DNA of 64,000 nucleotides from the human T2T-CHM13v2.0 reference genome, Homo sapiens: assembly GCF_009914755.1 (NCBI RefSeq), contig NC_060936.1; one strand, 5' to 3'. Of the stretch, positions 50,480 through 64,000 are shown piece after piece. The notes under the pieces were generated by a model. It saw only the letters and a list, made by a program, of their open reading frames with translations. It ran no database searches and was not told where the DNA came from. The translations under genes and the position numbers were made by a program. Each line of letters starts with the position of its first letter. Position 1 is the first letter of the stretch.

Positions 50480-51180
50480 CTTCCTCGAGAGGTGTCTGGG
50501 CGCAATACTCTCCGGCCCGAAGCAAGGGGACGTTTGCGAGGAGGGAGAAATTTAAACCCCCTTCGCTCCGCGCCACCTGGGAGCACTTTGGCGCCGCAGA
50601 CTCAGGAGCCGACGCCATCTCCAGGACGGCCTCGGTGGCCTCGGCAGGAGGCACCTTCGGGGAGCGGTCCCGCACTCCTCCTTCCTCAGTCCCCGGTCCT
50701 CTGCACCGCTCCCTCTCTGCTGCCAGAGGACCTGTCCGCGAGCTCCCCGCGCTGCCCTGGGGACGGAAAAGTTTGTTTCTCCAACGCGCAACTTTCCCGC
50801 TCCAGGCGGCGGGGACCCCGAGCCGGAGTTTTGGCCAAAAAATCCCAGAGTCCTATACCTCCTGCGCGCCCAGACCTCGGGGGCGAAGGGCGGCTCCCCC
50901 GGCGCGCCCCGATCCCCGCCGCAAAGAGGACTTGGTGGACTAGAGGTGCACCCCGCGGGCAGCCCTTGGCGCCCCGCTCTGCGCCCGCCGGCATGAGGAC
51001 TCGTGCGTGGCGTTTCGACCCTCCGCCTGAACTGAGACTGGGTGGGGAAAGGGGCAGACTGCTGTCTGTGACTCTGCGGGAGGTGGAGCACGAAACACAA
51101 AAGCTGTTTGAACCACAAACGCCAGGCTGGACACCCAACGAATATTAATGACCTGCAGCCTCCACCCACCCGCAAACATA
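50480..51180. promoter_or_regulatory. CpG island 1 (candidate alternative promoter, enhancer or insulator)
   Basis: Abrupt switch from very AT-rich DNA to GC/CpG-rich, repeat-free sequence; E2F-like TTTGGCGC (50587) and TTTCCCGC (~50793); CTCF-like GCGCCACCTGG (50570-50580). Confidence 0.8.
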
Positions 51181-51243
51181 ATATTATGTGTACGTGCTTA
51201 CCGGTTAGCTTAACAGACTTGCCATCATAAATTCCTTTTTCAC

Positions 51244-51298
51244 TGCAGCGCCACTAGATTTGTTGTGATTAGGATGCAGCCACTAAATTTGTTGTGAT
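51244..51298. repeat. Imperfect ~25-bp direct repeat
   Basis: tgcagcgccactagatttgttgtgat (51244-51269) / tgcagccactaaatttgttgtgat (51275-51298). Confidence 0.85.
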
Positions 51299-51927
51299 CT
51301 CCTGTTTGTGAATGGAAGTTGACTTACATCTTTTGTAGCAGATTGCTACTTAGGATTTTTTTTTAAAAAATTATCGCAGATTTTTCAAATCAGAAAATTC
51401 CCAAATGACATAATCATACAAATTGATATTTTAACCGACTCTTTTTTGAGGAATGCATTCCAAAATCTTTCAGTTCCCATCATGCAAGACAAATAAGCAT
51501 AGTAATTTGGAAAGTGAAATTAATGATCAAGATAATTTTGGAAAGGAATAGAAAGGACCAACTGAGACTTATATCTATTTACTTATCAGAAACTTTATGA
51601 CTGATCCTAATTAGAAAACAAAGCAATGGCAGGAATGTCACATGCTTTTTAGATCTTGGTATCTTGTCTGGGCAAACATCCAGTGTTTGACACTACAAAG
51701 AAAGGGACAACATTGTGCAGCAGATTTCCAGGAGTAAATAATATATCACAGGAATCTTTGAAAGAACATCACTTATTTAGTGAGTGAGTGAATATTTGAA
51801 CAACTGCTTCTATTGGGAAGGGTAAGAAGGAATTGAGGGATAGACTATAAATGATACAGCTCCCCTGCCCTCATAGATCATCCAGTTTAGTGATAGGAAA
51901 GAGGAAGAAATTTTACAAATAAAAGAT

Positions 51928-52228
51928 AGCGGGGCACGGTGGCTCATGCCTGTAATCCCAGCAGTTTGGGAGGCTGAGGCCGGTGGATCACGAGGTCAGG
52001 AGATCGAGACCATCCTGGCTAACACGGTGAAAACCCGTCTCTACTAAAAATACAAAAAAATAGCTAGGCATAGTGGCTGGCGCCTGTAATCCCAGCTACT
52101 CGGAAGGCTGAGGGAGGAGAATTGCTTGAACCCAGGAGACGAAGGTTATAGTGAGCCACATCGCGCCACTGCACTTCAGCCTGGGTGACAGAGTGAGACT
52201 CTGTCAAAAAAAAAAAAAAAAAAAAAAA
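51928..52228 (+). mobile_element. AluSc/Y-type SINE
   Basis: gagatcgagaccatcctggctaacacgg; TSD aaaagata. Confidence 0.93.
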
Positions 52229-53911
52229 GATACCAAAGGGTAGAAAAGTGGTAAATCCCTCAAGGTAGGATCTCAATAAACTCATGGGGAATTCCATGGA
52301 GGGGAGATTACAGTCAGCTGAAGGATTGTCCAATTGTAAACTGAGTCTGGCCAAACTTCAGTCTGTCTTGGGCTCCATGTAAGTGAAAGAGTTCACTGAA
52401 GTTTGTTTCTCTATTAGATGCGTCTCTGATAAGAATTTAGTGTACTACCTCTTCTAGAGCCTTCAGTATGTTTCCTTCTATCAACTTTAAGTTGTCACTT
52501 TCTTCCTTAAGTTTGTTAAGCAGTCATTTTGTGAGCCAATTTCTGTAAATTGAGGCTGAGCTGAGATGACACAATCAAAGGGAGTCAAAAGTTATGAGCT
52601 AAGTATGTTTTACGTATTACTTCTTTCCAGAAAGAATCTGGGTGGTCTATGACGGAAAACACCCCATTTAAAATGAATTGGTAAAATCAAAATAGAAAAC
52701 CAGGAGAAAAAAAAAGAAAAAGGAAACTTGAAATAAGCCAACCCTAAGAGTTAACATGATTACTGAGATTGTGCTTCAGATTTGGGTCTGAGCTTCTTAT
52801 AGCCAAGGTAAAGAGAGAAAAAAACGTAAGTGACATCAATCTTGCTGTTGAAAAAAGCAAAGAATGCCTGTTTTCAAATGAAATGAAATTACAGAAGGAG
52901 TTTACTATATGGAGTGCCACAAAGGGCTCTGAGGGATGTAACAGGCAATGTCTTAGCAGTATTTTTATGGAAAAGCAAAAGAGGATATTGCAGCCCTGTT
53001 TCTTATAATAACCTCCCATGAAAACCAAGACTTCAGTGAAGGTGAGTCCTGTCAGACTAAGCTAGTATAATTCTGTATTTGGGGATTCGCCTTGAACGCT
53101 AAATAACATATCCACTCTGCAGTCTTCCCCATGTATTACTTCTCTCAGCTGGGATCTTGGTAAGAATCAAATAATTGAAAAAGTTAAGATTTTTCTCTCT
53201 GGCAAGAGCCCAGTGTTTTAGTATTTCTTTTGGATCATAGAAGACACCTTCACAGGGTCTGGAAAACAACTGAGCAAATACTAAATTTGCCATCCTACAA
53301 AAGTTGCAGAAGCAAATCAGTGTTTTCTCACTGATGAAGACCACCCCAGTTTTCCTCCAAGGTAAGCTGCAGGGACACCTCAAGATTGGGCCCAAATTTT
53401 CCTTAGGAAGTTGCTTTGAATGTGCTCCAGTGCTTGAACAAATGCTTAATTGAGTCCCTAGAGATATACAGCGTTTGGGCATAGAAAATTTTCAAAGCTG
53501 GTGTTTCCTAATCACCGACAGTGGCTGGCGGAAAACATCAGGACTCCCACGGCACCTCTGACTGAACAACATGGTTTTCCAATGGAACTCCAGGATGAGT
53601 GCATTGCAAAATGTCATTGAATGAGTTGACAATAGCTCCCACAAACGATGAGTTTTAATTTCATTATCATTGGTTAGCCATTATTTTTAGCAGGAGTTAG
53701 ATACTGCAACTACCTTTTGTGAGGCAATTTCTGGTTCATGATAATAAGATACTATGATCAGACCAGAAGAGGATATCTATCTTCCTATTTGTTATGGTAG
53801 GGGAACTTTGAAAAGAGAAGGGACATCATTCTATTTCATACTCCTCAAAGGATTATTATCTGATCTGTTCCTTCTCTTCTTGATTCTAATAAAGGGTGTT
53901 GGAGTAGAAAC

Positions 53912-54577
<666 letters not shown>

Positions 54578-54763
54578 GAGAATTTTTTATAAGAACATTA
54601 TTAACTAGTAATCTACGTTAAAACCATGCAATGTGACTTATAACCAATTTCTATCCACAAAATTAAGAGTCAGTGAAACTTGTAGACCATCTTACATTAT
54701 TCTCGGCAGATAGCTCCACAAGGTGATGGGGGATGTATCATCACTGAACATTAAGAGAGGGCA

Positions 54764-55456
54764 GGCCAGTCACAGTGGCTCAAGCCTGTAATCCCAGCAT
54801 ATTGGGAGGCAGAGGCAGGCGAATTATTTGAGTTAAGGAGTTTGAGACCAGCCTGGGCAACAGGGTGAAATCCCATCTCTACCTAAAAATACAAAAATAC
54901 AAAAAAGTAGCTGGGTATGGTAGTGTGCGGTATGGTAGTCCCAGCTACTCAGGAGACTGAGATGGGAGGATCTCTTGAGCCCAAATGCTGAGGCTGCAGT
55001 GAGTCATGATCACACCACTGCACTCCAGCCTGGACAATGAAGTGAGACCCTGTCAAAAAAAAAAAAAAAGAGTAGCTACATATATAGCCTACTTGCTCCT
55101 TGTGCAAATGTCAGGCCAAAAGCCTCAGACATACAGAAAACTGGAAAAAGTCTTAGATTAATTATGAAAAAATAATTGTTGGGTCCAGGCATGGTTGCTC
55201 AAGCCTGTAATCCCAGAACTTTGGGAGGCTGAGACAGGAGGAATGCTTGAGCACAGGAGTTCGAGACCAGCCTGGGCAACACAGTGAGACCCTATCTCTA
55301 TAAAAAATAAAAAATTAGCCAGGTGTGGTGGTGCATGCCTGTAGTCCCAGCTACTCAGGAGGCTGAGATGGGAGGATCTCTTGAGTCTGAGAGGTCGAGG
55401 CTGTAGTGAGTCACTGCATTTCAGCCTGGGCAACAGAGTGAGACCCTGTCTCTAAA
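54764..55456 (+). mobile_element. Two AluJ-type SINEs (54764-55069 and 55181-55456)
   Basis: J diagnostics (gatgggaggatctcttgag, ggctgcagtgag). Confidence 0.9.
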
Positions 55457-55624
55457 TTTTTATTTTTTTAACTGTTGGTCTTATAATTTGTGAGATGAAG
55501 AGAGTTGCTGGTAGATCATTATGAGTGTAAACAGACAAGGTCCTAGCAGACAGGTGGTTTGAAATAAATAATTTGGTAAAACTAGCACATATCAATCAGA
55601 ACAGGCCATAAGTCATCTCTGGTA

Positions 55625-56152
55625 GTGTTATAATTATCCATTGCCATGAACAGATATCCCCCAAATCCAATACCTTAAAACAGCCATTTTACTTTGCTCA
55701 CAATTTTGTGGGTCAGAAATCTGGGGATAGCTCAGCTGAGCAGTTCTCTTCTGGGGTTACTCATGTTGTTGTACTAAGATATTTGCTGAAGTTGCCATCA
55801 TCTAAAGATTACATGGCTGGGTAGATGATGCTGGCTATTGGTTGGGAGCTCAGATGGGGCTGTCAATAGAGTGACTACATGTGGCCTCTTAAGCATAGCA
55901 GTCTCAAGATACTGACTTCTTACATAGCAGCTGGCTTACCCTAGTGTGAGCATCCCAAGAGGGTCAGGGAGAGGGGCAAGGGGGGATGGTGTCCGTGGCC
56001 TTTCATGATCTAGCTTGGGAAGTCATACAGCATCATGTCTGCCATACTCTACGTGTTGAAACAAAGTTATCCAGATTTGCATGGAGCAGGCATCTTCTCT
56101 TAGCAGGAAGAATATCCAAGGACTTACATCAATTTTTAAAATAACCATTACA
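55625..56152 (-). mobile_element. MLT1-family solo LTR
   Basis: ttaaaacagccattttactttgctcacaattttgtgggtcagaaatctggg...ggaagtcatacagcatca. Confidence 0.75.
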
Positions 56153-56299
56153 AGTAGCAATATGCTTTAACCCAGAATTATAATATGTTAATCAATTGTT
56201 CTGTGGCAGAGGAGTTTGTAGGACCTAGCTCAAGAGGTGTCAAAGATCTACAAAATTTCATATAGTTATTCTGTGATTCTAATGTCCTTTTCTCCTCCT

Positions 56300-56545
56300 T
56301 CCTGTCTTTTAAAGCAACGTGATGGCTGCAGTCCAGCATCCATCGTGGACCATGAGGCAATCTTGAGAATGGAAACCATACAATACAATAGTCAAAGAGG
56401 AAAGGTAAAAGGAGTAATTGATGACTGTGAACCCACCATACCAGTCATGGATTACCTTTGCAAGAGAGAAAAAAAGTTCTGTCTTGTTTAAGCCACGTTT
56501 ATTTCAGATCTCTGTTATTAGCATCTGAAAGCAATTCCTAAATGC
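56300..56545 (+). mobile_element. Old MLT1 (J/K-like) LTR 3' part
   Basis: gagagaaaaaaagttctgtcttgtttaagccac...tctctgttattagcatctgaaagcaattcctaa. Confidence 0.6.
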
Positions 56546-56582
56546 TATCCTTCCCAAATTTTCTAACTAGGCAATTAAGTTA

Positions 56583-57005
<423 letters not shown>

Positions 57006-57846
57006 TCAAGTATCTAAAGTATCATTCAATAGTCATTGATTGAGTACTCACTATGCAGATGAAAGACAAGTTAAAAAATAATTGTAATACTAAGTGATAA
57101 TGCAAAATAGAAATATGTGATGTGTAAAGTACCATGGTTGAATAGCTAATGAAATGATTCATTTAGGTTGGATCGATCAGTGAAGTTTCACAGAAGTTGT
57201 GACATTTGGGTTGGATCTTGAAAGATAATGGGAGCTTTGAAGGTGAATGAAAAAAGAAGTGGAAGAACATTCCTGGTAGATGGAACAGCATATGCCAAAG
57301 CACAGAGGTATGAATAGTCCAGTGTATTGTAAGTCCTAAGAGTCTGGTTTTTTCTGAGTTAAAGATGCAGGGAAATGTAGTTTTGAAGAGTTTGAGTTAA
57401 ACCAGATTTGAATCCCAGCTCTGCTCCTTGGTAGCTGGGTGGCCTTGGTCAATAGCTTTTTAACATATGCTGAGGAGACTGGACCTTATGATGTAAGTTG
57501 AGGCTGTTCCTAAAAGGAAAACAAGCGTATTTGGGTTTTTGAAAATCACTATGACTGCAGCTTAGAGGATAAATGAAAGAGGGTACATTGAGGTCAGAGG
57601 ACAAATTAGAAGACTCTTCATTCAACAAACATCTATTGGGTGCCCTCTGTGTGCACACAGTGAGGCACTGAGAATTCAGCAATGAACAAACAGACAAAAT
57701 CCCCACCTTTGTGGGGTTTATATTTTATTAGGGAAAACAGATATTAAACAAATAAGGACATACATAGATAACGTAAGCACTAAGAAAAAAATTAAGATAA
57801 TGAAGGGTTTCAGGTTACTATTTTATGTAGGTCAATCAAGAAAACT

Positions 57847-58058
57847 TCATGGACACAGAGTATGAAATAATAGGCAGTGAAGACTTGGAAGAGTGGGGGT
57901 GTGGGAGAGGGATGAGGGATGAGAAATAACTTAGTGGGTACCATGTACATTATTCAGGTGATGGTTACACTAAAAGCCCAGATTTTACCACTAGGCAATA
58001 CATCCATGTAAGAAAACAGCACTTTTACACCTTAAATTTGTACAAATGAAAAAGAAAA
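57847..58058 (+). mobile_element. L1PB-type 3' end
   Basis: gtgatggttacactaaaagcccagattttaccactaggcaatacatccatgtaa. Confidence 0.8.
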
Positions 58059-58786
58059 AGTGTCTTTGAAAGGAGATGTTTGAGTAAAGAACTGAAATAA
58101 ATAGTGAGCTGTGCAGATACCTAGGGGAAAAGATACCAGGAAGAAAGAACAAGTGTACCATCCTAAGGGAAGAACATGCTTAACATTTTAGGGAGCAGGG
58201 AGAAGATCAGTCTGCCCACAATACAGTGGTAGAAGACCAGTGTGGTGATTACAAAGGGAAATTGGGAGGCTCTGACCTACTAGAGAGGAGTGGGAAACAG
58301 AGGAAGATAAGGAGCTTGCTATTTTTAAAGGCAGATGGATAGGGCTTGATGGCCAGTTGAATATGGGGAGTGGAAAGGAAAGGAACCTTGCATGACTGCC
58401 AGATTTCTGGACTAAGCAAATGCACAAGTGGTGTCACTGATAGAGAGAGAATGCAGGAAAACCAGCACACCATGCAGTCAGTTTGGGACCTGTTCAGTCT
58501 GGTGTGCTGATCGAAATTCTGGTGGAGATGCTTTGTTGAAGTTTGGATATACAGATATGGAGTTCAGAAAGGAGATGCGGCCCAGATATACAGGTTGTTA
58601 GCACTTTATTGAGATACTCATTTTCAGTGTTGGGTTATTCACTCATTCATTCATTCAACTAATATTTACTGAAAGCCAAATATGTTATGCTAGACCCTGG
58701 GTAGTATAAAACAGACACAGCCCCTGCCCACATGAAGCTTACAGTCAGGTGGACGAGACAAACAAAAAACAAGTAAACAACAAAAT

Positions 58787-59363
<577 letters not shown>

Positions 59364-59374
59364 TTAAAAAATAA

Positions 59375-59684
<310 letters not shown>

Positions 59685-59993
59685 TTAAAATCCGCTTGTG
59701 GGGTGGAGGGGTGGTGATGGATGGAGAGATGTTGGGGGGTGTGGGAAGGAGAGATTAGAAGGAGGCAATAGAAGCTAAGAAAACCAGTAAACAAGGCTAT
59801 TGCAGCCATCCTGGTGAGAGATAGGGCTTGGCGTACAGGAGGACAGCGAAAATAGAACTAGAACGTTCCTAGATAGGCTTTGGATGTAGAATAAATAGAA
59901 TTTGGTGATGGATTAGGTGTGGAGAGTAATGAACACATAATAAAAAAAAGTGACTCCGAGGTTTCTGCCTTGATCAGTTGGGTGTTTGGTAGG

Positions 59994-59995
<2 letters not shown>

Positions 59996-60040
<45 letters not shown>

Positions 60041-60077
60041 CTCTCTCTCTCGCTCTCGCTCTCTCTCGCTCTCTCTC
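59996..60077. repeat. (CT)n/(GA)n microsatellite at an Alu 3' end
   Basis: ~80-bp tctctc tract with a few CG interruptions. Confidence 0.95.
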
Positions 60078-60478
60078 AATCTCTTGCTCTGTTGCCCAGG
60101 CTTGAGTGCAGTGGCGCGATCTCGGCTCACTGCAAGCTCCGCCCCCCAGGTTCACCCCATTCTCCTGCCTCAGCCTCCTGAGTATCTGGGACTACAGGCG
60201 CCCGCCACCACGCCCGGCTAAGTTTTTGTATTTTTAGTAGAGACAGGGTTTCACCTCGTTAGTCAGTATGGTCTCGATCTCCTGACCTCGTGATCCGCCC
60301 GCCTCGGCCTCCCTCTTTCTTTTTTTTAAGAGACAGAGTCTCGCTCTGTCGCCCAGGCTGGAGTGCAGTGGCGCGATCTTGCCTCACTGCAACCTCTGCC
60401 TCCCGGGTTCAAGCAATTCTCCTGCCTCTCAGCCTCTTGAGTAGCTGGGACTACAGGCGCACACCGCCACGCCCAGCT

Positions 60479-60515
<37 letters not shown>

Positions 60516-60640
60516 ATTTTACTAGTGACGGGGTTTCACCGTTTTGCCCAGGCTGGTCTCGAACTCCTGAGCTCAGGTGATCTGCCCGCCTCAGCCTCCC
60601 AAAGTGCTAGGATTACAGGCGTGAGCCACCGCGCCCAGCC
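60078..60640 (-). mobile_element. Two tandem Alus (AluY-like 60078-60313, 5'-truncated; AluS-like 60314-60640 with a ~33-T linker)
   Basis: Reverse Alu sequences; T run 60481-60514. Confidence 0.93.
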
Positions 60641-61451
60641 GGATTATTTCTTTTTATTGAAAAAACCGGGAGAGATATATTTTGGAGATGTGAAATCAGG
60701 AGTTCAATTTTGGACCTGTCAGGTTTGAAATGCTTGGGGAGCCTTCGAAGAGAGTGGGATTGAGCTCAGGGGAGATATCTGCCCTGGGGGTAAAAGTTTT
60801 GGAACCATCAACATGTAAATAAAATCCGTAAGAATGTTTAAGATCACCTTGGGATAGATGAAAGAGAAAGAAGAGAAAGCCCTGGTAAATTTCAGCACTA
60901 ATGCTGAGAAAAAAGAGGATGTCAACCACATTGTTTGGTGTGTTTGTTTGTTTACTAACAGTTTAACAATATAGATTTTTGAGATAGTTTGTTAGGGTAT
61001 ATATTTTGTTATATATATATCTATGGTATATATTTTGACACCATGGTAGAATTTCTCTGTATAACCTTTCAACTTACTTCTGCTTTGCACTGATATATTT
61101 TTACTGAGAGTCTCATGCCTCATACAGGCTATAGGAATGTTTGTTATTAACCCAATTATTTGTTGAGTAAGATACAACACCCCTTCCCCCTTTTGTCTGT
61201 CTCTAAATTTACCAAATGCAAAAAGAAAATCTCAAAAAACAAAGAAAGTGGAAAGCTTTTGACCGATTTTTAAAAATGAGTAGGTAGTTTAATTTCAAGT
61301 AGTCAAGAATTATGATGTCATAAACATTGTTTACATGGTTCCTTTTTGGTTTTAATATCAGTTTGCTACAATACAATGCATTTATAATTACAATTTTGTT
61401 AAGATATACTTGCTGCAAGTCAACCATTTTTCATTAAATAAAGATGTTCTT

Positions 61452-61925
<474 letters not shown>

Positions 61926-62439
61926 TCAGAACGTAGATGTAGGTGAGTGAGAAGAAAGAGGATATATAAACCGTCTTCCAGCTCAAATTTGAAATTAAAA
62001 GAAAAAAAGACCTAAAAGAGGGGGCCTGCCCTCCACCAACAAGGCAGCAAACCTTGCAGCCTGTGGGGCTTCACCATAGCACAAACCAAGCACCTTTACT
62101 TGCAGCTCTCTAAGGGCCCAGATTTGAGTTTTGACTCAGAGAAGAGAGAGCAGAGGTCTCTAGAAATGCCTGTTGGGTTTGAAGAATGCTGATGACATTT
62201 TTGCAACTATCCTTTATCATCTGTTTTCTGTACTTCCACCACTGGCTCCACCTTTTTCTTTCTGCAGTTCAAAATCGTTCTGTGAAATATCTCCTCCATT
62301 TCAAATCTTGGCTCTTCACCACTCAGTTTAAGAGTAGCAAACACCTTGCAGCCTGAGGTTCCACCTTGAACATGGAGAACATTCAAACACAATATGGGGG
62401 AGGAGGCGACCTGCGTGACTTTTAACATCCCCTTCATAT

Positions 62440-64000
62440 CCTCCCACTGGGCGCATTTTAAGCGCCAGCGCTCACCACATCCGGCTGCCCCACCGCCCGC
62501 GCCCGGAGCCCCAACATTCCCAGTCCTCTCCCTTCTCTCACTTCTAGGTCAACAAATATTTTAATAGGTCCTTTTGAACAGATGTGGCCTGTAGATGTAT
62601 GCAATGACCCCATCGGAAATAATTTGGGGTGAAGGGGGAAGGCGACCTTCCTCTCCAGGAGAGCCTTTATTGTATAATCTCTAGTTAATGAGCCTCTCTC
62701 TGGGCCTCAAACCGGGCGAGTTATTATCCGTGTCTGCAAGTCTGGAGAAGAGGCTAAGAAGCAAACCTCCTGGGTGTCCGGGACCACCGGCCTTAGCCTT
62801 CTCCAAGCCCAGGGCAGGGCGAGAAGAACATGGCCCGGTTCCCCTCGGGGTCTCTGGCCCAGCTGCGGAGGGGGAAAGGTGATCGATCTTGCTGGGGGCC
62901 ACCGCTAGCCCACCGCTTCCTGCCGCGACCTGCCGCGGCGGCCGGAGCCCGGGAGCTTCCCATTGGCTCACGGGCCGACGCCATGCAGTCTGGGGGGGCG
63001 TGGCCGGGCGGCGGGGCGTGGCCAGGCGGTGCGGGGAACTGCGGAGAGAGGAGAGGAGAGGAGAGGAGGGGAGGGGAGGGGAGAGGAGGGGAGAGGAGAG
63101 GAGGGGAGGGGAGGGCAGGGGCGGGGCGGGGCCGGGCGGCGGGGGCGCACACCCCAATCTCCCTAGCGCTGTGGGGGTGGCTGCAGCTCCCCGCGCGCTC
63201 CCTCCTTTGGGGGGGTTTCTGGGCTCGTGACTTTTTTTTAAATAAAGAATGAGCGGATGCCCGTGACAAGTTAATAGCTCTCGCCGCGCTCTAAAGTTAA
63301 GTTGTATCTCCTTCCCGCCGCGAGTCTCCTTCCACAGACCCGCCGGAGCTGCCGGGACGGGCGCTGCGCGGGACTGGGCGTTAGGTGCTCCCGGCTGGTT
63401 CCGGCGAGCAGCCCCCACCCCTCGCCCACGCTCGGGGTTAGAGACCCCAGCACCCCACGCAGACGGCCCGGGCTTAGACCTCTCCACGTCGCTGTGGCGC
63501 GCGCCCCGCCAACACCCCCACCCCACGCGCAGCCCGTGTCTTCTTTACCCCCGCGCACTTAACGCAGGGCGCACGCACGCATCCCGGCCCCCTCACACTC
63601 ACACTGCGTCTTCTGTCACACCCCCTGTCGCACACACACTGTTCTCTGACTCCCACCATCTCCTGTCTCACACCCACTCCAGTTTCGTGTTGAGCGGCCG
63701 CCAGTTCTCCCTCGGTCGCGCCGGCGCACGCTCGTCCCCTTCTGCCCCGGAGCCCGCCCGCGCCGCACGGTGGCCCCTTGCGCTGGCCTGATCGTGGGAA
63801 CCAGGCGGGGCCCCAGCGTCCCTGCCCCTGCCCGGTCATCCATCTCCCTCCCGGTCGGCCAGCCGAGACTTCAAAGGCGCCTCCTCCGGCCGGGCCTGCC
63901 AAACCCCGACGCAGCCTGGATGTGGGCCGGGGGCGCTCCCCGGCGGGGGGAGGCCGGGCCAGGGCGCGTCTGGGGCCGGCTCCGTCCTTAGTGCGGCGGC
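62440..64000. promoter_or_regulatory. Large CpG-island promoter; the associated gene cannot be identified from this window
   Basis: High GC/CpG and repeat-free; inverted CCAAT (ATTGG 62962-62966); GGGGCGTGGC SP/KLF boxes at 62995 and 63013; tandem GGGGCGGGG at ~63118-63131; EGR site GCGGGGGCG 63139-63147; CCAAT 63154-63158; TTTAAATAAA at ~63237. Confidence 0.88.
63043..63115 (+). repeat. (GGAGA/GGGGA)n polypurine pentamer tract
   Basis: ggagagaggagaggagaggagaggaggggaggggaggggagaggagggg...; purine-only for ~73 bp. Confidence 0.92.

Noticed and set aside
50435-51175. Long overlapping ORFs (237, 207 and 150 aa) in CpG island 1
   Set aside because: Pro/Arg/Gly/Ala-rich, open on both strands and with no recognisable domain; expected from stop-codon scarcity in GC-rich DNA
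62681-63991. ORFs up to 281 aa in the large CpG island
   Set aside because: Low-complexity translations of GC boxes and the purine repeat (PLLSSPLL, ERRGEE); no protein family signal
62440-64000. Naming the gene driven by the large CpG island
   Set aside because: No coding exon in the window and I cannot recognise the 5' sequence with certainty; a BLAT search would settle it

Overview
Primate (almost certainly human-type) non-coding genomic DNA. I found no protein-coding exon, rRNA, tRNA or CRISPR array. Nearly all ORFs in the track are translations of Alu, L1, MaLR or Tigger repeats, or GC-rich CpG-island artefacts. The window is dense in transposable elements: about 37 Alu/FLAM copies (J, S and Y types, many with readable target-site duplications), L1/L2/MIR fragments, three MST and several MLT1 solo LTRs, an LTR8-family ERV1 solo LTR, a Tigger2 derivative and a MER20B/Charlie24-type hAT element. 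The largest structure is a ~10-kb minus-strand old L1M(A) element (21679-31731) that appears to keep both ends and a decayed TSD. It has a ~330-bp tandem array in its 5' region and a templated inversion/deletion scar, and it hosts an intact MER75 piggyBac MITE (TTAA TSDs), a BC200 (BCYRN1) retrocopy and nine Alu/FLAM copies. There are two CpG islands: a smaller one at ~50480-51180, and a large promoter-type island from ~62440 to the window end with CCAAT, GC-box and EGR motifs and a polypurine tract. Splice signals hint at a divergent minus-strand non-coding transcript from the large island, which is speculative. The gene served by the island cannot be named from this sequence. I see no clearly novel biological system. 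Repeat subfamily names come from my recall of consensus sequences and need RepeatMasker/Dfam confirmation.
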